A stretch of 64,000 nt of DNA from Nitrososphaerales archaeon. Its GTDB lineage: Archaea; Thermoproteota; Nitrososphaeria; Nitrososphaerales; UBA213. The DNA is taken from assembly GCA_965197925.1 (NCBI GenBank), contig CBDAOC010000019.1:288001-352000 (forward strand), in the 5' to 3' direction. Both the position numbers and the translations under genes were made by a program. The notes beneath the pieces were generated by a model, which ran no database searches, was not told the DNA's origin, and saw nothing but the letters and a program-made list of their open reading frames with translations. This document shows, piece by piece, positions 11,075 to 23,778 of the stretch (the stretch's first letter is position 1; the number at the start of each line of letters is the position of its first letter).

Positions 11075-11136
11075 GAAAGTTTATTAGTTAAAATTCTCGA
11101 CGTTCTAAAAAGGCTTGGTTAAATTAATAATTATTT

Positions 11137-12229
11137 GAGGCATGGGCATTATTCCATATAACAAAAATAACTTGATGCCTCTGATTGATTAACTTCCCAA
11201 CATGTGCTTCAATGCCCTTAATGGTCTTCCTGTCAAGTAGTTGTAGTATACCATCAGCTGGTATAGCAATATGGAAATCAGAACGATGCTCCTAGCTTTA
11301 TCAAATCCTCTAACTGGTAATGGGTCTATATCAAATACATCCTTTATCTGCTCTATCAATGGCTCAACGCTTATGCTCCTCCGAGAATATACATGCTGTC
11401 CAAATTCCGATTGATAGAACTGCAGCAATGCCAGTCTATTATTATCTGTAGTATGCCTATACCTTTCCAATGGGAATACTGGATGCCCTCTATACCCGCT
11501 GAAATCACATAACTTGTGATCATCATATCCTTCATCTCCTACAACATACCTTACCATTCCTGTAGGCAATGAAGATGTTATGCTTTCATACATCTTGTTA
11601 TCAGTAATGTTAGCTGTTGTGAAATCAGCTGATAATGGAACTATCAATGAACCTGTGCTACATGCTAGATGCAGTTTGTATCCGAATACCTATTCTTGGT
11701 TCTGCTGAATCCCCATCGAGCATCTGTATCTATACCTGAGCGTGGCACTTCATTCTTCATGTTTGATCTATGCCATACATGTCCCTTTGCTTTCAACAAT
11801 GAACTGTCAACGGATACTATGGCTGGGTCTACCAACCCATCTTTTATGAAGAGCATACCCATAACATCTGTCCTTGATCTTATGTCAATTGATATGGCCT
11901 TGAACCTTCTGTCGAATGTTCTTCTGTCTGGCAACCTATCAAGACCACATGCCTTCATTACCTTCCTGTTGTATGGCATGTCTATCGAAAAATATTGATG
12001 TAACACATTGTTGCTTGGTATTCTTATCCATACTCTAACGATGAAGCATCTCACCATAACTGTAGGAGAATAGTAGAATGGTCTACCCCTTTTCCTATTA
12101 GGTTTTGACTAGAATCACGTCAATCAAAAATAATATACGAAGGAGTATCGAGTCTGAGCTAAACATATTACCAATGAAAATTGAAACCTGATCTTATCGT
12201 TTCGACCGGCTTAATTATGCCCAAGCATC
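11137..12229 (-). mobile_element. IS family A copy 1 (DDE_Tnp_1-type, IS4/IS5 superfamily), frameshifted transposase
   Basis: Imperfect terminal inverted repeats (TIRs) GAGGCATGGGCATTATT / AATTATGCCCAAGCATC; VDSS, GYKLH-like, GDEGYD and VEPLIEQIK motifs split over frames. Confidence 0.92.
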
Positions 12230-12235
12230 AGGTAG

Positions 12236-13452
12236 TTACAACCCAATATTAAATTCGTTGTCATTGTCGCTTATCTGCCTCTTGCTAAATTCGCCCATCA
12301 TACGCTTGCATAGTTCACATTTCTTTGAGGGACTACCTGCATGTTTAGTAGATATATGCAATTGAAAATTGGCAAACCGTACCATGGCTGAGTACTGTTT
12401 TGTTCTTTCCTCTTCCTTCTTCTTCAACTCTTCAATTTCCTTGTCCTTACTCTCGTATTTTGCTTCCAGTTAATTTCGAATACTCTGTTCTTGTTTATTT
12501 GTCATTGCAATATCGATGGTTAGATATGGTATAGCTTTTCTGTAGTCTTGTACCAACTCCGTTTCTTTAGGTGTATAGTATCTGCCAGAGATGCCTGTAC
12601 TGTGCCCCATAAGCATCTCGACATTAATGGGCTTCATGACTTGTTCAGTTCTAGTCTTGAAAAACTTTCTAAACCCATGATCTGCTTGGAACTCGAAGCG
12701 CTTCTTATGATCTCCACTTCTTAGGCCCGATTGCTTTAGTAGTCTATGAATAATTGTTCTAATGCCATCTCTTTCTAAAGGTTTAACATTACTTGCATTA
12801 GATCGAAATTTATCCCTGAATAAGGGGCTATTATCGTCTATCTCCTCTCCGCTTCGCCTACGATATTCTATATACACATGTATAGCCTCATATACTTCCG
12901 GAGTAATGAATGTGTTGTGCTGTTCCTTATCGACAGGGTAAACAGTTAATGAAGCTGCTACAATATTATTATCCTCTTGGATGGGTTTCAAATGTTTTAA
13001 TTTTAGATCACTGATCACACCTAACCCTTATACCACTAGAAGCCATAAACAGAATTAATGCCCTCGTTCTAAGATCTCCAAATTTCAATAATTACCTAAT
13101 TTCATTTAGATCAATGGCTCTATCTTCACCTCCATTTGCCGTAGGTAATATTTTTGCTAGCTTGGACTAGTTTAGAGTAACGTCATTCATGACGCATAAT
13201 AGTTTTACAGCCTGGTAGAATCCTTGAATCGCTGAAGGTGATATCTTTTCTTGCTCCACTTGTTTTTTTTTATTCTGTAATAAATTCAACTAGTATGTTA
13301 GTTAATTGCTTTGGATTCTTTTCTCCTAATTCGATAATTTTCTCCTGTGATAGTTGGGTATCTTTGCAGAAGCGTTTAAGATACTATTCATAGGTTTCCT
13401 TCGTTGCCTTTGATTTTATGGCACTCTCGAACAATGCTATACACGCTAACAC
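12236..13452 (-). pseudogene. Tyrosine recombinase/integrase pseudogene
   Basis: HGFRKFF, LMGH, YY motifs; N-terminal FESAIKSKATKETY; several stops and frameshifts; SSGIGLG where the catalytic Arg is expected. Confidence 0.85.
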
Positions 13453-13496
13453 AGTAGGTATATACTAAAACTTATTTAAAAAGTGTAGCAATATTG

Positions 13497-14927
13497 TCAC
13501 ATAACATCAACATCATGTGGCATACTCTCCATAAACCCTGCAGTGGTCATTTTTATGAGTTCAGCGTTATTCTGCATTTCAGGTATTGTGCTTGCTCCAC
13601 AGTAACTTAAGCCAGAACGCAAGCCCCCAGATAGCTGCCGCAATATTTCTACCACACTTCCCTTGTAATCCACAAGAGCTTCAACACCTTCTGGTACGTA
13701 ATCGTTTAGATCATCTTCTAACGTTAATTCACCCTCCCTGAATTTCCTTCCTAATGATGCGTAAAATGAAGCCATACCTCTATAGATTTTATACTTTTTA
13801 CCGTTCTTTGTCAAACTAGCGCCCGGACTTTCATCGGTCCCTGCAAGCAAACTCCCCACCATCACCGTTGAAGCTCCTGCCGCAAGTGCCTTGGTTATAT
13901 CTCCAGAATTCCTTATGCCACCGTCAGCGAGAAGAGGAATGCCATAGTCCTTAGCTGCCTTGGCACAATCCATTAAAGCTGTTAGTTGGGGAACACCAGA
14001 ACCTGTAATGACTCTAGTTATACATATTGAACCAGAACCAACCCCAACTTTTACAGCATCAACACCAGCACCAGCTAGATCCTTCACTCCTTCTGGTGTT
14101 GCGACATTACCGGCAATCAATTCAGAATTAGGAAACGCTTTCTTTATGTGTCGAACTGCATCCATCGCATTGTCGCTATGGCCATGCGCAATATCAACCA
14201 CTATTGAATCTGCGTCTGCTTCATACAGAGCTTCTGTTCTATCCATGAAATCATCCTTGACACCGACCGCAGCACCTACTAATAACCTACCCTTCTTATC
14301 CTTCGAGGCAAGTGGGTATCGGTTAATCTTGGTGATATCCATACTCGTAATCAAACCCTTTATATGGTTCTCCTCATCTATCAACGGTAACTTCTCTAAC
14401 CTGTTCTTATGCAATATCTCTTTGGCCTCATCAATAGTAATACCATATTTTGCAGTTACGACATCTTTAGTCATAAGATCCGAAATTTTTCTTTCAACAT
14501 TAGCTTCAAACATTATGTCCCTACTAGTTACAATCCCAACCAACTCGTTCCCGTTTTCAACAACAAGTAATCCTGAAACTCCTACCTTTTTCATATAATC
14601 AATCGTGTTTTTTATTGTTTGTTCAGTTGTTACAGTATAAGGCTGCTCAATAATTATACTTTCAGAACGCTTCACCCTCTTAACCTCCTCTACCTGTTGG
14701 TCTATTGTTAGGAACCTGTGAACTATCCCTATACCACCTTCCCTAGCAAGGGCAACAGCCATATTTGCTTCTGTAACGGTATCCATATTCGCGCCTACAA
14801 TAGGTATATTCAATCTAATCTTTCTGGACAATTTCGTCGTTAGGTTAGTCTGTGATCTAGATAACACATGTGAATGCTTCGGGACCAGTAGTACGTCATC
14901 AAATGTCAGTCCTTCACGTATATTCAA
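13497..14927 (-). CDS. guaB: IMP dehydrogenase with CBS pair
   Basis: [36 protein letters not shown]. Confidence 0.98.
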   Translation of the reverse strand: MNIREGLTFDDVLLVPKHSHVLSRSQTNLTTKLSRKIRLNIPIVGANMDTVTEANMAVALAREGGIGIVHRFLTIDQQVEEVKRVKRSESIIIEQPYTVTTEQTIKNTIDYMKKVGVSGLLVVENGNELVGIVTSRDIMFEANVERKISDLMTKDVVTAKYGITIDEAKEILHKNRLEKLPLIDEENHIKGLITSMDITKINRYPLASKDKKGRLLVGAAVGVKDDFMDRTEALYEADADSIVVDIAHGHSDNAMDAVRHIKKAFPNSELIAGNVATPEGVKDLAGAGVDAVKVGVGSGSICITRVITGSGVPQLTALMDCAKAAKDYGIPLLADGGIRNSGDITKALAAGASTVMVGSLLAGTDESPGASLTKNGKKYKIYRGMASFYASLGRKFREGELTLEDDLNDYVPEGVEALVDYKGSVVEILRQLSGGLRSGLSYCGASTIPEMQNNAELIKMTTAGFMESMPHDVDVM

Positions 14928-15052
14928 CTAATACCCTAATTTTAAGGGGAATTAACAGTTATAAGCCTTTGCCCACACTTGAACCAAAAAATTCCCTTGT
15001 TAGGGAACAGAATTTTTTAGAATTGTACGGGGCCGCCAATGATAAGTTAAAC

Positions 15053-16048
15053 CTATATGAAATCAGATAGTCTATAGTTCCCTTTTATTAAGGGTTCAGC
15101 ATCATATCCAATTTTATTCAAATAAGCCGCAAGATCTATAGAATAACCATGACATGTATATACCTTGGCAGGGTTAGATACCTCTACTATTGAAACCAAT
15201 TCTTCAAAATCGCAATGATCGCTTAATGGTAGTATATAATCCATTCCGGCAGAATACTTGTACCAACTTGAAAGAGCCCAGCCACTAAAACCAATAGTAA
15301 TAGCCTTGTATTTCTCTTTCATCTCTTCAACAAACTTGGAATTAGAGTTCATTCTTGGCCCAATCATAAGCCATGGTTTCTTACTTAGTAAATTATCTTG
15401 TACTGCCTGTGAATATTGCATAGCTTGGCCTAAATCTATCCCCAATTCATCATAAGTACTATTAATCGCATGGACCGAATCATGTAAGAATATTGGATCC
15501 CAGTGCCCGAACAAACTTGTTAGTATCTGCGCCTTACCCAATGGATACCCCATCAAAATCACAGGTATTCCTTTCGAATACATATTAGAAATTATTTTGT
15601 TCACATGGTCAGTGATTTCCTTTATAGGTGGAAACCTAAATACAGGCTTACCAAAAGTAGACTCCAAAATGAGTGTCTCGCACTTGGGTATTTGGGCACC
15701 TTTGAGAAATGCCCTATTTCTTGTGCAAATATCCCCAGTGTAAAATATATTACCATCTATCAGTAAACCTTTTGAGCCCAAGATATGTCCAGAATCTACC
15801 AGCTCAAAACCATCCATTGATTCTTCGAAGTTTGAGATACGATGTCCCCTAATGCTAGCAATTTTAACCGTTTCAAAAGAAGTCAGAATATTTTTCCCAT
15901 TGCTAGGTGTGTGTAAATGATCCATATGTGCATGTGATACGAACACAACATCTGCATCTACGTTCTTTTTTGGATCAAGTGCTATATTCTTCCCATTATG
16001 GTGAACAATAATTCCGTTTCCAACCATAGTTGTTAGTGTTTTGCGCAA
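15053..16048 (-). CDS. Metallo-beta-lactamase/beta-CASP-like nuclease
   Basis: SHAHMDH, SGHILGS, YTGD, ESTFG, LSDHCD, HG. Confidence 0.85.
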   Translation of the reverse strand: MRKTLTTMVGNGIIVHHNGKNIALDPKKNVDADVVFVSHAHMDHLHTPSNGKNILTSFETVKIASIRGHRISNFEESMDGFELVDSGHILGSKGLLIDGNIFYTGDICTRNRAFLKGAQIPKCETLILESTFGKPVFRFPPIKEITDHVNKIISNMYSKGIPVILMGYPLGKAQILTSLFGHWDPIFLHDSVHAINSTYDELGIDLGQAMQYSQAVQDNLLSKKPWLMIGPRMNSNSKFVEEMKEKYKAITIGFSGWALSSWYKYSAGMDYILPLSDHCDFEELVSIVEVSNPAKVYTCHGYSIDLAAYLNKIGYDAEPLIKGNYRLSDFI

Positions 16049-16824
16049 CTTTTCTAAAATAAAGATATTTTCATATAAACTTGTTCATTGCTGACACATT
16101 TATTTTTGGACTTCCTGTAATGTGTAATTGCATAGATCAACACATATTTCAATTCAGGTCTAATGGATTAGATCATTTTTTACTGGCTTCCATTTACAGA
16201 CCCATCATAAACATGTGTCTCAATGTATACTATATTGGGGTATTTCTCTTGTTCCGACATGAAAGAAGACCTGTATATTATTTCATAAAGATTAATGTGG
16301 TAACAAAATTAATGTGGTAACAAAATCACATATTAGGGGCGAACCTTAACTGAATGTGTCAATACCGACTTTCTTCAATAGAAACATTTGACCAGTATAT
16401 CCCCAAACTGGGCTTGGTAGGAATTTATAAAAATAAAAGTAAAGCAATATCAAACTTATTGTTACGAAAATAATGGATAAGAATTAATATCAATATTCAT
16501 TTCTGAGACATTGAATGATTCGCCATTTAGCTCTTATTCCTTAACTTTACTTCTTGTCACTCTCCAGTCTTTTAATCTATTATAACCATCATTCGGGATA
16601 TTTGTCTACAAATGAACATTAATTTGGCATAATATGAAAATAATCTATTTAAATCATAAAAATATTACAGGTTATAATCACTTTGTTGCATAACTCAAAG
16701 ATTCTGTAATTTTTTGTCTTATGGTTAAATAATGGAAATGCAATTCAGAATTTCATACCACAATAACAGAATAATTTCGTTATTCAGTAATAGGATTTCA
16801 TAGTTATGCAACAAGGCAGTTATA

Positions 16825-17421
16825 ATGAAAATTAATACAAATTCTTTATTGGTACTAACACTTGGAATTGCGAGCTTTGTTAATATCTGTTCCGGCCTCC
16901 AGCCAACCAATCTTATGTCAAGGTATACCCGCTACTATCATTGGCAGCCCTGGAGATGATGAAATTATGGGAACTTCTAGTGCAGACATTATCCTTGGCC
17001 TAGGAGGAAATGTCAGTATAGCTAGACTTCAGGGTACAAATATTATCTCCGGTGGTCCTGGTGATGATACTATTGGTGACGACCTCATGGAGGGCGGACC
17101 AGGAAATGGTATATTCTTTGGTGCTTATGGAAATGACACAATTATTGGTGGAGATAGGATTGACTTTGTTATTGGTGACCTGGTGATGATACCATCAAAG
17201 GCGGTGATGGTGATGATATTCTGAGAGGCGGTGATGGTGATGATAGGCTCGAGGGTGGAAGTGGAGCTGACCAATTGCATGGGGATTCTAATATCGATTC
17301 TCTTCTTGGTGGTCCAGGCGATGATACACTTGATGGTGGTCCGGGTACAGATATACTCAAAGGTGGTCTTGATACTGACATATGTCTTGATGGAGAAACA
17401 ATTACCACCTGTCTATGTTAG
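16825..17421 (+). pseudogene. Secreted RTX/hemolysin-type Ca-binding repeat protein with two frameshifts
   Basis: Signal-like MKINTNSLLVLTLGIA, then CQGIPATIIG, then GGxGxDxL nonapeptides continuing in another frame to TAG 17419-17421. Confidence 0.8.
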
Positions 17422-17595
17422 TATTAGAAAATCTGAAATATTCCTATTCAATGTTTACAAAATAAGATGATGATGAAAATGAGGGGAAGATCATTTCTTC
17501 ATACACGGCGCACCTATGTGTACAGATGACAAGAGTAGAAAGATGATTGTGATAACCACATAAATTTATTAAATAATGATACTATCGAATCTGCA

Positions 17596-18219
17596 TTGAT
17601 TAATTTAGGAATATTGGTGTCTGACAGAGGTAGCAATATGGAAGCAATTCTTGAAAAGATTAAAATTGGAACCATAAAGAATGTGAATCCTTCTATCATA
17701 ATAAGCAACAAATCTAACGCCAAAGCATTAGAAGCTGCAAAGAAGTACAACGTGAAATCACAGTTCTTGGATGATGAAGGTAGGAAGGGTGCAAATTGGG
17801 AATATGATAGAAAGATCGTGAACTGCCTTGATGAAAATAATGTTAGACCAGAAAACGGGCTAATATGCTTGGCAGGTTTCATGCGTATTATCAGCAAAGA
17901 ATTTGTGCAAATGTATAGGTGGGCTATAATGAATATTCATCCCGCCCTACTTCCATCTTTCTCTGGTCTCAATGCGCAGAAGCAAGCTCTTGAATTTGGC
18001 GCAAAAATTACTGGTTGCACCGTTCATTTTGTGGATGAGAGTGTTGATACGGGCCCTATAATAATTCAAGCTTCTGTAGAAGTAATGGATAACGATACGA
18101 TAGATTCTCTTGCAGATAGAATATTAGAACAAGAACACAGAGTATATCCGGAGGCTGTGAAACTTTTTGCAGAAAAAAGACTCTCAATAGAGGGAAGGAG
18201 AGTTAAAATTCAATTATGA
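17596..18219 (+). CDS. purN: Phosphoribosylglycinamide formyltransferase
   Basis: SDRGSN, LAGFMRI, NIHPALLP, GCTVHFV, DTGPII. Confidence 0.96.
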   Translation: MINLGILVSDRGSNMEAILEKIKIGTIKNVNPSIIISNKSNAKALEAAKKYNVKSQFLDDEGRKGANWEYDRKIVNCLDENNVRPENGLICLAGFMRIISKEFVQMYRWAIMNIHPALLPSFSGLNAQKQALEFGAKITGCTVHFVDESVDTGPIIIQASVEVMDNDTIDSLADRILEQEHRVYPEAVKLFAEKRLSIEGRRVKIQL

Positions 18220-18794
18220 CTCGATTTAAGGAGTAAGGTAATATGCTGACCTCTTTAGGAAATTTGTAACATTTTATTAGTTATAGTCTTTGTTGTTAAA
18301 TGTTATTCTTTCTGTTGTCCACAGCCCCTTGATATTTAACTTATTATGGGGCTTAATGTTATATGATGCTTTCCTAATATTATATAATAATTCACTTTTT
18401 TAGCATGTTAAAAGATTGTGATGAATAGAAAAAGAGCGATGACACTCTAATCATGGACATTGCTTGGAATCTGTCTATTTAGGTTGGGTTATAATAAGTA
18501 AACAGGATAAATTTCGCTTTTCAAACTTATTACCAATACCAATCCAGAATGATTCTATAGTATTGTCGTAGACGGGATTTTATAGATTTTCATTAAGAAA
18601 ATATGAATGGTTTATTATCAATAATGTGATCATATGTGAATATAAAGCATCAATATTGGATGATAATAAATAATAATTTATTAATTTATTCTGATAGTGG
18701 ATGGGGTACGCACCCCCTACCATCTTACTTTCAATACAAATTACTATTAAAGAATACATTAAATCTATAAACAAGATTGTAGTTTTGTTCAATA

Positions 18795-19664
18795 TTGACA
18801 GGGCGTATAATTGATGGTAAGGAAGTTGCAAACCATATGAAAAAAAAGATCGCTTTGGCCGTTAAATTCCTAAAGGCTAGGGATATTGAACCCTGTCTTG
18901 CAACTGTTCTTGTTGGAGATAATCCAGCTTCTTCCACATATATTGGTATGAAGCAGAAAGCATGTTCAGAAGTTGGTATCAAAACTATCGATCATCATCC
19001 CCCACAGGAAGTTGAGACACAACAGTTGTTAGAATTAATAACCATTCTTAACGAAGACAGGAAGGTAAATGGTATATTAGTACAACTGCCCCTACCTAAT
19101 CAAATCACTGAGTTCGTTGTGACTGGAATGATAGATGTCAAAAAGGATGTAGATGGTCTAACACCCACTAATGCTGGTTTGTTGGCATATGATGTTGCAA
19201 TGCTAAAACCATGCACTCCTGCTGGTGTAATGGAATTACTAAATTATTATAACATAAAAGTGGAAGGGAAACACACCGTCGTTCTGAATAGAAGTATGCT
19301 GGTAGGCAAGCCTATTAGCCTAATGCTATTACATAAAAATGCAACCGTAACCATATGCCATTCCAAAACCCCAAATGTCGGCGAAGTTTGTAAGCAGGCA
19401 GACATACTGATTACTGCAGTTGGTAACAGAGGTAAATTTATGGTAACCGTAGATATGGTTAAAGATGGTGCGGTGGTGATTGATATAGCAACAAATAGGC
19501 TTAATGGAAAGCTTATTGGTGATGTTGATTTTGAAGCCGTGAAAGAGAAGGCCTCATATATCACTCCAGTACCTGGCGGAGTTGGCCCAATGACTGTGGC
19601 AATGTTGCTGAGAAATACAGTCTTGGCCACGTCACTTGGTCAAGGGATACAGGTAGATGTATAG
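18795..19664 (+). CDS. folD: Methylene-THF dehydrogenase/cyclohydrolase
   Basis: GILVQLPLP, KDVDG, PCTP, TPVPGGVGPMT. Confidence 0.97.
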   Translation: MTGRIIDGKEVANHMKKKIALAVKFLKARDIEPCLATVLVGDNPASSTYIGMKQKACSEVGIKTIDHHPPQEVETQQLLELITILNEDRKVNGILVQLPLPNQITEFVVTGMIDVKKDVDGLTPTNAGLLAYDVAMLKPCTPAGVMELLNYYNIKVEGKHTVVLNRSMLVGKPISLMLLHKNATVTICHSKTPNVGEVCKQADILITAVGNRGKFMVTVDMVKDGAVVIDIATNRLNGKLIGDVDFEAVKEKASYITPVPGGVGPMTVAMLLRNTVLATSLGQGIQVDV

Positions 19665-20214
19665 TTCGAAGGACAAACTTCGTCAGACAATGTTAAAGAT
19701 TAGAAATTCGTTAAGTAGTGAAATCTTAGATAAAATGAGTGATGATATTCAGATCAAAACATGTGGTATGAACGAATTAACAAGGGCTAGTGCGGTAGCG
19801 GCATATCATCCCATAGGATCTGAGGTAAAGACTACTAATATTTTGAATGGAGTGTTGGAGATGAACAAAAAATTAGGATTACCAAAAATAATCAACGATT
19901 CTCTAGTTTTTGTACAAGTGAAGGATTTGGCTAATGATCTGGAAATAGGCAAATACAACATAATGACTCCAAAAGATCATTGTAAACAATTGGCAGATTT
20001 AGATTTGGTGTTCGTTCCAGGAATCTTATGGGATGAAAATGGATATAGAATAGGATATGGGGGGGGTTACTATGACAGATTTTTATCAAATATTGATACA
20101 GTCAGTATGGGATTAGCATATGAGTTTCAAGTCTTTGAAAATATACCACATGGAAAGACGGATTTTCGAGTTGACATGATAGTCACCGATAAGAGGATAA
20201 TTATGACAAAGTAA
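19657..20214 (+). CDS. 5-formyltetrahydrofolate cyclo-ligase
   Basis: VPG, GYRIGYGGGYYDRFL; overlaps folD. Confidence 0.93.
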   Translation: MYSSKDKLRQTMLKIRNSLSSEILDKMSDDIQIKTCGMNELTRASAVAAYHPIGSEVKTTNILNGVLEMNKKLGLPKIINDSLVFVQVKDLANDLEIGKYNIMTPKDHCKQLADLDLVFVPGILWDENGYRIGYGGGYYDRFLSNIDTVSMGLAYEFQVFENIPHGKTDFRVDMIVTDKRIIMTK

Positions 20215-20376
20215 GTTATTAATACAACCATGTAATTTTTTACATAATACCTTTTCTTGCGGGTCTACCTTTTTACAATTAGATCTTATTTATGTAAACT
20301 TGCAAATATTTGGAATGTATTATCTTCTATAAAGGACAAATAAAGTGATGACATGTATAATTTTCATTATATATCT

Positions 20377-21465
20377 GAGGCTTGGGCATAATTCAATTAT
20401 AATATTATTTTGAAATTATTACTATTAGCTTCCCAACATATACTTCAATGCCCTTAATGGTCTTCCTGTTAGATGATTGTAGTAAACCATTACCTGATAC
20501 AACAATACTGATAACAACACTATACTCCTTACCTTATCAAATCCTCTAACTGGCAATGGATCTATGGTAAATACATCCTTTATCTGCTCTATCAATGGTT
20601 CAACACTTATGCTCCTCCGAGAATATACATGCTGCCCATATTCAGAGTTATAGAACTGCAGCAATGCCAGTCTATTATTATCTGTAGTATGCCTATACCT
20701 TTCCAATGGGAATACTGGATGCCTTCTATACCCGCTGAAATCACATAACTTGTGATCATCATATCCTTCATCTCCTACAACATACCTTACCATTCCTGTA
20801 GGCAATGAAGATGTTATGCTTTCATACATCTTGTTATCAGTAATGTTAGCTGTTGTGAAATCAGCTGATAATGGAACTATCAACGAACTTGTGCTACATG
20901 CTAGATGTAGTTTGTATCCGAATATCCATCCCTTGGTTCTGCTGAATCCCCATCGAGCATCTGTATCTATACCGGAGCGTGGCACTTCGTTCTTCTTCAT
21001 GTTTGATCTGTGCCATACATGTCCCTTTGCTTTCAACAATGAACTGTCAACGGATACTATGGCTGGGTCTACCAACCCATCTTTTATGAAGAGCATACCC
21101 ATAACATCTATCCTTGATCTTATGTCAATTGATATGGCCTTGACCTTCTGTCGAATGTTCTTCTGTCTGGCAACCTATCAAGACCACATGCCTTCATTAC
21201 CTTCCTGTTGTATGGCATGTCTATCGAAAAATATTGATGTAACACATTGTTGCTTGGTATTCTTATCCATACTCTAACGATGAAGCATCTCACCATAACT
21301 GTAGGAGAATAGTAGAATGGTCTACCCCTTTTCCTATTAGGTTTTGACTAGAATCACGTCAATCAAAAATAATATACGAAGGAGTATCGAGTCTGAGCTA
21401 AACACATTACCAATATGAACTGGAACCTGATCTTATCGTTTCGAACTAAATTACGCCCAAGCCTC
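20377..21465 (-). mobile_element. IS family A copy 2, frameshifted transposase
   Basis: TIRs GAGGCTTGGGCATAATT / AATTACGCCCAAGCCTC; near-identical to copies 1, 3, 4. Confidence 0.93.
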
Positions 21466-21481
21466 AATTAACTATTAAATA

Positions 21482-21883
21482 TCACACCAGCGACTCATCA
21501 CTTATTGGTATAGGCTTTCTACCAGTGAATCCTTCATCTTTACCATGCCAGAATTTCACCTCATCCTCTCCATCCTTCCAACACAGCCATACCTCTGCTG
21601 TGAACTTCAGGGAAGGAAAATCGAGAAGACCTTCATCAACACTTTTGAGGATTATGCCCATACTTTCAAGATCCTCAATAGTTTTGTAAAGATTTGACAT
21701 GGCAGTGTTTAGTTCTTGTTTCTTTAAAATATATTTTTCAAATGTTCCTCCAGTATTGAGAATGTGTTGTAGATCTTCCTGCATGTTTAGGATCCGACTA
21801 CGCGTACCAATAATGAGGTTAAACTTTCGCTTTGCTTCAGGCAGAACTTTGTTTGCTTCCTTTGGAGTATAATATACAAACAT
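21482..21883 (-). CDS. DUF2203-like protein
   Basis: YTPKEAN, GLLDFP, LCWKDGE, WH...GFTGRKP. Confidence 0.85.
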   Translation of the reverse strand: MFVYYTPKEANKVLPEAKRKFNLIIGTRSRILNMQEDLQHILNTGGTFEKYILKKQELNTAMSNLYKTIEDLESMGIILKSVDEGLLDFPSLKFTAEVWLCWKDGEDEVKFWHGKDEGFTGRKPIPISDESLV

Positions 21884-22090
21884 AAGTATTCCCCTATTTG
21901 ATGTAATTTAACCATTCCCTTTCTAGCGACATTCCGCTTTTCACACCCAGATTTTTTCTTATAATTTTATTAACATGTTCATTAAAATGAATCCAAAAGG
22001 GTTTGGATAACTGCTATAATATGGTAATTATTTGATACAACATTGTAAATGTATTGAAATTTATATTTGAACAAATCAACCTGCAAGTAA

Positions 22091-23071
22091 TTGCTTTCAT
22101 TCTTGCATAAACAGAGAATCAATTTAGTTTATGTTGTTACGCATAGACTTGCTGATGTTGATGCATATTGTGCCTCATATGGCACAGGGAGATTATTAAA
22201 AGCGATTGGAAAAAATATGATAGTTAAGTTCGTCTTTCCGGAGGGACTCAACACTATAGCAAGAAAAGTGAGTAAAAGTTTTCCTATTTCTATAGAAAAT
22301 AATGCAGATTTCGCAAGAGCTGATCTTATTATCATAGTTGACACGAATAACCCTTTATTGTTGTCAAAATCAAGACAGGGGATCGTAGAGAGCAAAGCAG
22401 AAAAAATCCTCATAGATCATCATCCACTAGGGAAAAATGTAAAAAAAATTGCCAATGTTCTATTCGTTAATACCAAAGCATCCTCCGCAAGCGAAATAGT
22501 TTACGATCTCTACAGGTCAAATCAGATTAACATAAGCAAGCGTGTAGCACAGATCTTACTCTTAGGAATAATGGCAGATTCACAACATTTTTTCCTTGCA
22601 AGCGGTGAAACAATTACTGCGGTAAGCGAACTATATAAGATTGGGGCCTCGATAGATAGTGCAAAGAAAATTCTAACACGTGAAAGAGATCGCTCAGAAC
22701 GATTGGCAAGACTAAAGGCTGCAAGCAGAGTTACACTCTATAGTGTTAATGAATTCTTAATAGCCTTTGCTAGGATAGGTTCTTTTCATGCTTCAGTTGC
22801 AAAGTCTCTAATAGATCTTGGTGCCGATGTTGGTATTGCAGTTGGAGGCACTGGAAATCGTTCAAAAGCAAGTTTAAGAGCTACACCGAATTTCTACAGA
22901 TTATCGAATTTGCATCTTGGAATTGATGTAACGAGCAAACTATCAGAATCTGGTGGGGGACATGCAGTAGCCGCTTCTTTATCAAGGGAGGATGTTGATG
23001 AAAATACGTTGGGAGGACTTTTGTTGGATAAAGTGCAAGAAAAGGTGGGTAAGTTAAATTTGGTCAAGTAG
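22091..23071 (+). CDS. DHH/DHHA1 phosphoesterase (NrnA-like)
   Basis: HxxADxD, IVDT, IDHH, GIMADS, GGGH. Confidence 0.9.
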   Translation: MLSFLHKQRINLVYVVTHRLADVDAYCASYGTGRLLKAIGKNMIVKFVFPEGLNTIARKVSKSFPISIENNADFARADLIIIVDTNNPLLLSKSRQGIVESKAEKILIDHHPLGKNVKKIANVLFVNTKASSASEIVYDLYRSNQINISKRVAQILLLGIMADSQHFFLASGETITAVSELYKIGASIDSAKKILTRERDRSERLARLKAASRVTLYSVNEFLIAFARIGSFHASVAKSLIDLGADVGIAVGGTGNRSKASLRATPNFYRLSNLHLGIDVTSKLSESGGGHAVAASLSREDVDENTLGGLLLDKVQEKVGKLNLVK

Positions 23072-23778
23072 ATTATATTCGAATGTGATAGATCCTAATT
23101 TTAAATGTATCAATGATCAAGGGAATAGGGCTATCTAACCCCAAGTTCATTGTCAGAAGTACTGATTGGTGTGTGGTGAATATTTTTTGGGCAAAATCTA
23201 TAGTAGGGCCAATTGAGGAATGTGTTTGCTGTATTTTTTTTTATAACAGATTGACTTCCTACCACTAACATAATTGGAACCATTATCAGCCTTAGAGATG
23301 AAGGAATAATGTATTAGAAAGAATCTACTAGACATATATGTTCCATTCTTAAAAGATAGGACATCATCATAATTTGTTGCGAACTAAGGATTATTGAATG
23401 AATTGGTGAAGACTTAATTAATATTACAAAAGAAGACTTGGTTAGTTAGAACCCCTCATGGTGAATTCAATTGGTTAAACACTCAATATACAAACAGGAT
23501 TGGTTAGGGATAAACAAACGTTAGGTAGGTGAAATTCTAATACTCCTTCACGTTAGGTTTTCCCAGACCAGCAAATTCGATGCAGGAGTTGATCAAAAGA
23601 AGTATTAAACAGTGTTGTCGGCTCAAAAAATGCTTTCTCTGGATAGAAGGATGGGAAAAAATATGATGGCTTGGCCAAGACATTGTAAGGCATTGTAGTT
23701 GATGTATGGTCCAACTTGCATCTATAGTTTGGTGATGTAGACATCGAGAATGGGGTTATGATGGATGTATAGCTAAAT

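Noticed and set aside
16291..16326. Short perfect tandem duplications (also 39990-40018)
   Set aside because: Two-copy slippage products with no evident function
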